A stretch of DNA of 64,000 nucleotides from the human T2T-CHM13v2.0 reference genome, Homo sapiens. The position numbers were made by a program, and so were the translations under genes. Below the pieces are notes generated by a model. That model worked only from the letters and a program-made list of their open reading frames with translations, did not search any database and was not told where the DNA came from. Shown here one piece after another: positions 41,861 through 53,646 of the stretch (the first letter of the stretch is position 1; each line of letters opens with the position of its first letter). The stretch lies in the NCBI RefSeq assembly GCF_009914755.1, contig NC_060943.1. One strand, 5' to 3'.

Positions 41861-44800
41861 TCAGACCACTTTGAGGCCTTCGTTGGAAACGGGATTTCTT
41901 CATATTATGCTAGACAGAAGAATTCTCAGTATCTTCCTTGTGTTGTGTGTATTCAACTCACAGAGTTGAACGATCCTTTACACAGAGCAGACTTGAAACA
42001 CTCTTTTTGTGGAATTTGCAAGTGGAGATTTCAGCCGCTTTGAGGTCAATGGTAGAAAAGGAAATATCTTCGTATAAAAACTAGACAGAATGATTCTCAG
42101 AAACTCCTTTGTGATGTGTGCGTTCAACTCACAGAGTTTAACCTTTCTTTTCATAGAGCAGTTAGGAAACACTCTGTTTGTAAAGTCTGCAAGTGGATAT
42201 TCAGACCTCCTTGAGGCCTTCGTTGGAAACGGGATTTCTTCATATTATGCTAGACACAAGAATTCTCAGTAACTTCCTTGTGTTGTGTGTATTCAACTCA
42301 CAGAGTTGAACGATCCTTTACACAGAGCAGACTTGAAACACTCTTTTTGTGGAATTTGCAAGTGGAGATTTCAGCCGCTTTGAGGTCAATGGTAGAATAG
42401 GAAATATCTTCCTATAGAAACTAGACAGAATGATTCTGAGAAACTCCTTTGTGATGTGTGCGTTCAACTCACAGAGTTTAACCTTTCTTTTCATAGAGCA
42501 GTTAGGAAACACTCTGTTTGTAAAGTGTGCAAGTGGATATTCAGACCTCCTTGAGGCCTTCGTTGGAAACGGGATTTCTTCATATTATGCTAGACAGAAG
42601 AATTCTCAGTAACTTCCTTGTGTTGTGTGAATTCAACTCACAGAGTTGAACGATCCTTTACACAGAGCAGACTTGAAACACTCTTTTTGTGGAATTTGCA
42701 GGTGGAGATTTCAGCCGCTTTTTGTTCAATGGTAGAATAGGAAATATCTTCCTATAGAAACTAGACAGAATGATTCTCAGAAACTCCTTTGTGATGTGTG
42801 CGTTCAACTCACAGAGTTCAACCTTTCTTTTCATAGAGCAGTTGGGAAACACTCTGTTTGTAAAGTCTGCAAGTGGATATTCAGACTTCTTTGAGGCCTT
42901 CGTTGGAAGCGGGATTTCTTCATATTCTGCTAGACAGAAGAATTCTCAGTAACTTCCTTGTGTTGTGTGTATTCAACTCACAGAGTTGAACGATCCTTTA
43001 CACAGAGCAGACTTGAAACACTCTTTTTGTGGAATTTGCAAGTGGAGATTTCAGCCGCTTTGAGGTCAATGGTAGAATAGGAAATATCTTCCTATAGAAA
43101 CTAGACAGAATGATTCTCAGAGACTCCTTTGTGATGTGTGCGTTCAACTCACAGAGTTTAACCTTTCTTTTCATAGAGCAGTTAGGAAACACTCTGTTTG
43201 TAAAGTCTGCAAGTGGATATTCAGACATCCTTGAGGCTTTCGTTGAAAACGGGTTTTCTTCATATTCTGCTAGAAAGAACAATTCTCAGTAACTTCCTTG
43301 TGTTGTGTGTATTCAACTCACAGAGTTGAATGATCCTTTACACAGAACAGTCTTGAAACACTCTTTTTGTGGAATTTGCAAGTGGAGATTTCAGCCGCTT
43401 TGAGGTCAATGGTAGAATAGGAAATATCTTCCTATAGAAATTAGACAGAATGATTCTCAGAAACTCCTTTGTGATGTGTGCGTTCTACTCACAGAGTTTA
43501 ACCTTTCTTTTCATAGAGCAGTTAGGAAACACTCTGTTTGTAAAGTCTGCAAGTGGATATTCAGACATCTTTGAGACTTTCGTTGGAAACGGGATTTCAT
43601 CATATTCTGCTAGACAGAAGAATTCACAGAAACTTCGTTGTGTTGTGTGTTTTCAACTCACAGAGTTCAACGATCCTTTACACAGAGTAGACTTGAAACA
43701 CTCTTTTTGTGGAATTTGCAAGTGGAGATTTCAGCCGCTTTGAGGTCAATGGTAGAAAAGGAGATATCTTCGTTTAAAAACTAGACAGAATGATTCTCAG
43801 AAACTCCTTTGTGATGTCTGCGTTCAACTCACAGAGTTTAACCTTTCTTTTCATAGAGCAGTTAGGAAACACTCTGTTTGTAAAGTCTGCAAGTGGATAT
43901 TCAGACCTCCTTGAGGCCTTCGTTGGAAACGGGATTTCTTCATATTCTGCTATACAGAAGAATTCTCAGAAACTTCCTTGGGTTGTGTGTATTCAACTCA
44001 CAGAGTTGAACGATCGTTTACACAGAGCAGACTTGAGACACTCTTTTTGTGGAATTTGTAAGTGGAGATTTCAGCCGCTTTGAGGTCAATGGTAGAAAAG
44101 GAAATATCTTCATATAAAAACTAGACAGAATGATTCTGAGAAACTCCTTTGTGATGTGTGCGTTCAACTCACAGAGTTTAACCTTTCTTTTCATAGAGCA
44201 GTTAGGAAACACTCTGTTTGTAAAGTCTGCAAGTGGATATTCAGACCTCTTTGAGGCCTTCGTTGGAAACGGGATTTCTTCATATTATGCTAGACAGAAG
44301 AATTCTCAGTAACTTCCTTGTGTTGTGTGTATTCAACTCACAGAGTTGAACGATCCTTTACACAGAGCAGACTTGAAACACTCTTTTTGTGGAATTTGCA
44401 AGTGGAGATTTCAGCCGCTTTGAGGTCAACGGTAGAAAAGGAAATATCTTCGTATAAAAACTAGACAGAATGATTCTCAGAAACTCCTTTGTGATGTGTG
44501 CGTTCAACTCACAGAGTTTAACCTTTCTTTTCATAGAGCAGTTAGGAAACACTCTGTTTGTAATGTCTGCAAGTGGATATTCAGACCTCCTTGAGGCCTT
44601 CTTTGGAAACGGGATTTCTTCATATTCTGCTAGACAGAAGAATTCTCAGTAACTTCCTTGTGTTGTGTGTATTCAACTCACAGAGTTGAACGATCCTTTA
44701 CACAGAGCAGACTTGAAACACTCTTTTTGTGGAATTTGCAAGTGGAGATTTCAGCCGCTTTGAGGTCAATGGTAGAATAGGAAATATCTTCCTATAGAAA

Positions 44801-45610
44801 CTACACAGAATGATTCTCAGAAACTCCTTTGTGATGTGTGCGTTCAACTCACAGAGTTTAACCTTTCTTTTCATAGAGCAGTTAGGAAACACTCTGTCTG
44901 TAATGTCTGCAAGTGGATATTCAGACCTCCTTGAGGCCTTCTTTGGAAACGGGATTTCTTCATATTCTGCTAGACAGAAGAATTCTCAGTAACTTCCTTG
45001 TGTTGTGTGTATTCAACTCACAAAGTTGAACGATCCTTTACACAGAGCAGACTTGAAACACTCTTTTTGTGGAATTTGCAAGTGGAGATTTCAGCCGCTT
45101 TGAGTTCAATGGTAGAATAGGAAATATCTTCCTATAGAAAATAGACAGAATGATTCTCAGAAACTCCTTTGTGATGTGTGCGTTCAACTCACAGAGTTCA
45201 ACCTTTCTTTTCATAGAGCAGTTGGGAAACACTCTGTTAGTAAAGTCTGCTAGTGGATATTCAGACCTCTTTGAGGCCTTCGTTGGAAGCGGGATTTCTT
45301 CATATTCTGCTAGACAGAAGAATTCTCAGTAACTTCCTTGTGTTGTGTGTATTCAACTCACAGAATTGAACGATCCTTTACACAGAGCAGACTTCAAACA
45401 CTCTTTTTGTGGAATTTGCAAGTGGAGATTTCAGCCGCTTTGAGGTCAATGGTAGAAAAGGAAATATCTTCGTATAAAAACTAGACAGAATGATTCTCAG
45501 AAACTCCTTTGTGATGTGTGCGTTCAACTCACAGAGTTTAACCTTTCTTTTCATAGAGCAGTTAGGAAACACTCTGTTTGTAAAGTCTGCAAGTTGATAT
45601 TCAGACCTCC

Positions 45611-48600
45611 TTGAGGCCTTCGTTGGAAACGGGATTTCTTCATATTATGCTAGACAGAAGAATTCTCAGTAACTTCCTTGTGTTGTGTGTATTCAACTCA
45701 CAGAGTTGAACGATCCTTTACACAGAGCAGACTTGAAACACTCTTTTTGTGGAATTTGCAAGTGGAGATTTCAGCCGCTTTGAGGTCAATGGTAGAAAAG
45801 GAAATATCTTCGTATAAAAACGAGACAGAATGATTCTCAGAAACTCCTTTGTGATGTGTGCGTTCAACTCACAGAGTTTAACCTTTCTTTTCATAGAGCA
45901 GTTAGGAAACACTCTGTTTGTAAAGTCTGCAAGTGGATATTCAGACCTCCTTGAGGCCTTCGTTGGAAACGGGATTTCTTCATATTATGCTAGACAGAAG
46001 AATTGTCAGTAACTTCCTTGTGTTGTGTGTATTCAACTCACAGAGTTGAACGATCCTTTACACAGAGCAGACTTGAAACACTCTTTTTGTGGAATTTGCA
46101 AGTGGAGATTTCAGCCGCTTTGAGTTCAAGGGTAGAATAGGAAATATCTTCCTATAGAAACTAGACAGAATGATTCTCAGAAACTCCTTTGTGATGTGTG
46201 CGTTCAACTCACAGAGTTCAACCTTTCTTTTCATAGAGCAGTTGGGAAACACTCTGTTTGTAAAGTCTGCAAGTGGATATTCAGAATTCTTTGAGGCCTT
46301 CGTTGGAAGCGGGATTTCTTCATATTCTGCTAGGCAGAAGAATTCTCAGTAACTTCCTTGTGTTGTGTGTACTCAACTCACAGAATTGAACGATCCTTTA
46401 CACAGAGCAGACTTGAAACACTCTTTTTGTGGAATTTGCAAGTGGAGATTTCAGCCGCTTTGAGGTCAATGGTAGAATAGGAAATATCTTCCTATAGAAA
46501 CTAGACAGAATGATTCTCAGAAACTCCTTTGTGATGTGTGCATTCAACTCACAGAGTTTAACCTTTCTTTTCATAGAGCAGTTAGGAAACACTCTGTTTG
46601 TAAAGTCTGCAAGTGGATATTCAGACCTCCTTGAGGCCTTCGTTGGAAACGGGATTTCTTCATATTCTGCTATACAGAAGAATTCTCAGAAACTTCCTTG
46701 TGTTGTGTGTATTCAACTCACAGAGTTGAACGATCGTTTACACAGAGCAGACTTGAGACACTCTTTTTGTGGAATTTGTAAGTGGAGATTTCAGCCGCTT
46801 TGAGGTCAATGGTAGAAAGGGAAATATCTTCATATAAAAACTAGACAGAATGATTCTCAGAAACTCCTTTGTGATGTGTGCGTTCAACTCACAGAGTTTA
46901 ACCTTTCTTTTCATAGAGCAGTTAGGAAACACTCTGTTTGTAAAGTCTGCAAGTGGATATTCAGACCTCTTTGAGGCCTTCGTTGGAAACGGGATTTCTT
47001 CATATTATGCTAGACAGAAGAATTCTCAGTAACTTCCTTGTGTTGTGTGTATTCAACTCACAGAGTTGAACGATCCTTTACACAGAGCAGACTTGAAACA
47101 CTCCTTTTGTGGAATTTGCAAGTGGAGATTTCAGCCGCTTTGAGGTCAATGGTAGAAAAGGAAATATCTTCGTATAAAAACTAGACAGAATGATTCTCAG
47201 AAACTCCTTTGTGATGTGTGCGTTCAACTCACAGAGTTTAACCTTTCTTTTCATAGAGCAGTTAGGAAACACTCTGTTTGTAAAGTCTGCAAGTGGATAT
47301 TCAGACCTCCTTGAGGCTTTCGTTGGAAACGGGATTTCTTCATATTCTGCTAGAAAGAACAATTCTCAGTAACTTCCTTGTGTTGTGTGTATTCAACTCA
47401 CAGAGTTGAACGATCCTTTACACAGAGCAGACTTGAAACACTCTTTTTGTGGAATTTGCAAGTGGAGATTTCAGCCGCTTTGAGGTCAATGGTAGAATAG
47501 GAAATATCTTCCTATAGAAACTAGACAGAATGATTCTCAGAAACTCCTTTGTGATGTGTGCGTTCTACTCACAGAGTTTAACCTTTCTTTTCATAGAGCA
47601 GTTAGGAAACACTCTGTTTGTAAAGTCTGCAAGTGGATATTCAGACATCTTTGAGACTTTCGTTGGAAACGGGATTTCATCATACTCTGCTAGACAGAAG
47701 AATTCCCAGAAACTTCGTTGTGTTGTGTGTTTTCAACTCACAGAGTTCAACGATCCTTTACACAGAGTAGACTTGAAACACTCTTTTTGTGGAATTGGCA
47801 GGGTGGAGATTTCAGCCGCTTTGAGGTCAATGGTAGAAAAGGAAATATCTTCGTATAAAAACTAGACAGAGTGATTCTCAGAAACTCCTTTGTGATGTCT
47901 GCGTTCAACTCACAGAGTTTAACCTTTCTTTTCATAGAGCAGTTAGGAAACACTCTGTTTGTAAAGTCTGCAAGTGGATATTCAGACCTCCTTGAGGCCT
48001 TCGTTGGAAACGGGATTTCTTCATATTCTGCTATACAGAAGAATTCTCAGAAACTTCCTTGTGTTGTGTGTATTCAACTCACAGAGTTGAACGATCGTTT
48101 ACACAGAGCAGACTTGAGACACTCTTTTTGTGGAATTTGTAAGTGGAGATTTCAGCCGCTTTGAGGTCAATGGTAGAAAAGGAAATATCTTCATATAAAA
48201 ACTAGACAGAATGATTCTCAGAAACTCCTTTGTGATGTGTGCGTTCAACTCACAGAGTTTAACCTTTCTTTTCATAGAGCAGTTAGGAAACACTCTGTTT
48301 GTAAAGTCTGCAAGTGGATATTCAGACCTCTTTGAGGCCTTCGTTGGAAACGGGATTTCTTCATATTATGCTAGACAGAAGAATTCTCAGTAACTTCCTT
48401 GTGTTGTGTGTATTCAACTCACAGAGTTGAACGATCCTTTACACAGAGCAGACTTGAAACACTCTTTTTGTGGAATTTGCAAGTGGAGATTTCAGCCGCT
48501 TTGAGGTCAATGGTAGAAAAGGAAATATCTTCGTGTAAAAACGAGACAGAATGATTCTCAGAAACTCCTTTGTGATGTGTGCGTTCAACTCACAGAGTTT

Positions 48601-51262
48601 AACCTTTCTTTTCATAGAGCAGTTAGGAAACACTCTGTTTGTAAAGTCTGCAAGTGGATATTCAGACCTCCTTGAGGCCTTCGTTGGAAACGGGATTTCT
48701 TCATATTATGCTAGACAGAAGAATTGTCAGTAACTTCCTTGTGTTGTGTGTATTCAACTCACAGAGTTGAACGATCCTTTACACAGAGCAGACTTGAAAC
48801 ACTCTTTTTGTGGAATTTGCAAGTGCAGATTTCAGCCGCTTTGAGTTCAAGGGTAGAATAGGAAATATCTTCCTATAGAAACTAGACAGAATGATTCTCA
48901 GAAACTCCTTTGTGATGTGTGCGTTCAACTCACAGAGTTCAACCTTTCTTTTCATAGAGCAGTTGGGAAACACTCTGTTTGTAAAGTCTGCAAGTGGATA
49001 TTCAGAATTCTTTGAGGCCTTCGTTGGAAGCGGGATTTCTTCATATTCTGCTAGGCAGAAGAATTCTCAGTAACTTCCTTGTGTTGTGTGTACTCAACTC
49101 ACAGAATTGAACGATCCTTTACACAGAGCAGACTTGAAACACTCTTTTTGTGGAATTTGCAAGTGGAGATTTCAGCCGCTTTGAGGTCAATGGTAGAATA
49201 GGAAATATCTTCCTATAGAAACTAGACAGAATGATTCTCAGAAACTCCTTTGTGATGTGTGCATTCAACTCACAGAGTTTAACCTTTCTTTTCATAGAGC
49301 AGTTAGGAAACACTCTGTTTGTAAAGTCTGCAAGTGGATATTCAGACCTCCTTGAGGCCTTCGTTGGAAACGGGATTTCTTCATATTCTGCTATACAGAA
49401 GAATTCTCAGAAACTTCCTTGTGTTGTGTGTATTCAACTCACAGAGTTGAACGATCGTTTACACAGAGCAGACTTGAGACACTCTTTTTGTGGAATTTGT
49501 AAGTGGAGATTTCAGCCGCTTTGAGGTCAATGGTAGAAAGGGAAATATCTTCATATGAAAACTAGACAGAATGATTCTCAGAAACTCCTTTGTGATGTGT
49601 GCGTTCAACTCACAGAGTTTAACCTTTCTTTTCATAGAGCAGTTAGGAAACACTCTGTTTGTAAAGTCTGCAAGTGGATATTCAGACCTCTTTGAGGCCT
49701 TCGTTGGAAACGGGATTTCTTCATATTATGCTAGACAGAAGAATTCTCAGTAACTTCCTTGTGTTGTGTGTATTCAACTCACAGAGTTGAACGATCCTTT
49801 ACACAGAGCAGACTTGAAACACTCCTTTTGTGGAATTTGCAAGTGGAGATTTCAGCCGCTTTGAGGTCAATGGTAGAAAAGGAAATATCTTCGTATAAAA
49901 ACTAGACAGAATGATTCTCAGAAACTCCTTTGTGATGTGTGCGTTCAACTCACAGAGTTTAACCTTTCTTTTCATAGAGCAGTTAGGAAACACTCTGTTT
50001 GTAAAGTCTGCAAGTGGATATTCAGACCTCCTTGAGGCTTTCGTTGGAAACGGGATTTCTTCATATTCTGCTAGAAAGAACAATTCTCAGTAACTTCCTT
50101 GTGTTGTGTGTATTCAACTCACAGAGTTGAACGATCCTTTACACAGAGCAGACTTGAAACACTCTTTTTGTGGAATTTGCAAGTGGAGATTTCAGCCGCT
50201 TTGAGGTCAATGGTAGAATAGGAAATATCTTCCTATAGAAACTAGACAGAATGATTCTCAGAAACTCCTTTGTGATGTGTGCGTTCTACTCACAGAGTTT
50301 AACCTTTCTTTTCATAGAGCAGTTAGGAAACACTCTGTTTGTAAAGTCTGCAAGTGGATATTCAGACATCTTTGAGACTTTCGTTGGAAACGGGATTTCA
50401 TCATACTCTGCTAGACAGAAGAATTCCCACTAACTTCGTTGTGTTGTGTGTTTTCAACTCACAGAGTTCAACGATCCTTTACACAGAGTAGACTTGAAAC
50501 ACTCTTTTTGTGGAATTGGCAGGGTGGAGATTTCAGCCGCTTTGAGGTCAATGGTAGAAAAGGAAATATCTTCGTATAAAAACTAGACAGAGTGATTCTC
50601 AGAAACTCCTTTGTGATGTCTGCGTTCAACTCACAGAGTTTAACCTTTCTTTTCATAGAGCAGTTAGGAAACACTCTGTTTGTAAAGTCTGCAAGTGGAT
50701 ATTCAGACCTCCTTGAGGCCTTCGTTGGAAACGGGATTTCTTCATATTCTGCTATACAGAAGAATTCTCAGAAACTTCCTTGTGTTGTGTGTATTCAACT
50801 CACAGAGTTGAACGATCGTTTACACAGAGCAGACTTGAGACACTCTTTTTGTGGAATTTGTAAGTGGAGATTTCAGCCGCTTTGAGGTCAATGGTAGAAA
50901 AGGAAATATCTTCATATAAAAACTAGACAGAATGATTCTCAGAAACTCCTTTGTGATGTGTGCGTTCAACTCACAGAGTTTAACCTTTCTTTTCATAGAG
51001 CAGTTAGGAAACACTCTGTTTGTAAAGTCTGCAAGTGGATATTCAGACCTCTTTGAGGCCTTCGTTGGAAACGGGATTTCTTCATATTATGCTAGACAGA
51101 AGAATTCTCAGTAACTTCCTTGTGTTGTGTGTCTTCAACTCACAGAGTTGAACGATCCTTTACACAGAGCAGACTTGAAACACTCTTTTTGTGGAATTTG
51201 CAAGTGGAGATTTCAGCCGCTTTGAGGTCAATGGTAGAAAAGGAAATATCTTCGTATAAAAA
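45611..51262 (+). repeat. 8-dimer (2721 bp) tandem duplication
   Basis: ACGAGAC 45820/48541, GTACTC, GAAAGGG, CTCCTTTT 47101/49822, AAGAACAATTC and CATACTC all recur at offset 2721, with a few private SNVs in copy 2. Confidence 0.88.
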
Positions 51263-53646
51263 CTAGACAGAATGATTCTCAGAAACTCCTTTGTGATGTG
51301 TGCGTTCAACTCACAGAGTTTAACCTTTCTTTTCATAGAGCAGTTAGGAAACACTCTGTTTGTAAAGTCTGCAAGTGGATATTCAGACCTCCTTGAGGCC
51401 TTCTTTGGAAACGGGATTTCTTCATATTATGCTAGACACAAGAATTCTCAGTAACTTCCTTGTGTTGTGTGTATTCAACTCACAGAGTTGAACGATCCTT
51501 TACACAGAGCAGACTTGAAACACTCTTTTTGTGGAATTTGCAAGTGGAGATTTCAGCCGCTTTGAGGTCAATGGTAGAATAGGAAATATCTTCCTATAGA
51601 AACTAGACAGAATGATTCTGAGAAACTCCTTTGTGATGTGTGCGTTCAACTCACAGAGTTTAACCTTTCTTTTCATAGAGCAGTTAGGAAACACTCTGTT
51701 TGTAAAGTGTGCAAGTGGATATTCAGACCTCCTTGAGGCCTTCGTTGGAAAGGGGTTTTCTTCATATTATGCTAGACAGAAGACTTCTCAGTAACTTCCT
51801 TGTGTTGTGTGAATTCAACTCACAGAGTTGAACGATCCTTTACACAGAGCAGACTTGAAACACTCTTTTTGTGGAATTTGCAGGTGGAGATTTCAGCCGC
51901 TTTTTGTTCAATGGTAGAATAGGAAATATCTTCCTATAGAAACTAGACAGAATGATTCTCAGAAACTCCTTTGTGATGTGTGCGTTCAACTCACAGAGTT
52001 CAACCTTTCTTTTCATAGAGCAGTTGGGAAACACTCTGTTTGTAAAGTCTGCAAGTGGATATTCAGACTTCTTTGAGGCCTTCGTTGGAAGCGGGATTTC
52101 TTCATATTCTGCTAGAAACAAGAATTCTCAGTAACTTCCTTGTGTTGTGTGTATTCAACTCACAGAGTTGAACGATCCTTTACACAGAGCAGACTTGAAA
52201 CACTCTTTTTGTGGAATTTGCAAGTGGAGATTTCAGCCGCTTTGAGGTCAATGGTAGAATAGGAAATATCTTCCTATAGAAACTAGACAGAATGATTCTC
52301 AGAAACTCCTTTGTGATGTGTGCGTTCAACTCACAGAGTTTAACCTTTCTTTTCATAGAGCAGTTAGGAAACACTCTGTTTGTACAGTCTGCAAGTGGAT
52401 ATTCAGACATCCTTGAGGCTTTCGTTGGAAACGGGATTTCTTCATATTCTGCTAGAAAGAAGAATTCTCAGTAACTTCCTTGTGTTGTGTGTATTCAACT
52501 CACAGAGTTGAATGATCCTTTACACAGAACAGTCTTGAAACACTCTTTTTGTGGAATTTGCAAGTGGAGATTTCAGCCGCTTTGAGGTCAATGGTAGAAT
52601 AGGAAATATCTTCCTATAGAAACTAGACAGAATGATTCTCAGAAACTCCTTTGTGATGTGTGCGTTCAACTCACAGAGTTTAACCTTTCTTTTCATAGAG
52701 CAGTTAGGAAACACTCTGTTTGTACAGTCTGCAAGTGGATATTCAGACATGTTTGAGTCTTTCGTTGGAAAAGGGATTTCTTCATATTCTGCTAGACAGA
52801 AGAATTCTCAGAAACTTCGTTGTGTTGTGTGTTTTCAACTCACAGAGTTCAACGATCCTTTACACAGAGTAGACTTGAAACACTCTTTTTGTGGAATTGG
52901 CAGGGTGGAGATTTCAGCCGCTTTGAGGTCAATGGTAGAAAAGGAAATATCTTCGTATAAAAACTAGACAGAGTGATTCTCAGAAACTCCTTCGTGATGT
53001 CTGCGTTCAACTCACAGAGTTTAACCTTTCTTTTCATAGAGCAGTTAGGAAACACTCTGTTTGTAAAGTCTGCAAGTGGATATTCAGACCTCCTTGAGGC
53101 CTTCGTTGGAAGCGGGAATTCTTCATATTCTGCTATACAGAAGAATTCTCAGAAACTTCCTTGTGTTGTGTGTATTCAACTCACAGAGTTGAACGATCGT
53201 TTACACAGAGCAGACTTGAGACACTCTTTTTTGGAATTTGTAAGTGGAGATTTCAGCCGCTTTGAGGTCAATGGTAGAAAAGGAAATATCTTCACATAAA
53301 AACTAGACAGAATGATTCTCAGAAACTCCTTTGTGCTGTGTGCGTTCAACTCACAGAGTTTAACCTTTCTTTTCATAGAGCAGTTAGGAAACACTCTGTT
53401 TGTTAAGTCTGCAGGTGGATATTCAGACCTCTTTGACGCCTTCGTTGGAAACGGGATTTCTTCATATTATGCTAGACAGAAGAATTCTCAGTAACTTCCT
53501 TGTGTTGTGTGTATTCAACTCATAGAGTTGAACGATCCTTTACACAGAGCAGACTTGAAACACTCTTTTTGTGGAATTTGCAAGTGGAGATTTCAGCCGC
53601 TTTGAGGTCAATGGTAGAGAAGGAAATATCTTCGTATAAAAACTAC

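Noticed and set aside
43238-43254. Variant CENP-B box TTTCGTTGAAAACGGGT (also 14671 ending GGGT)
   Set aside because: The changes are at non-essential positions and the nine core bases are intact, so it was not counted as broken.
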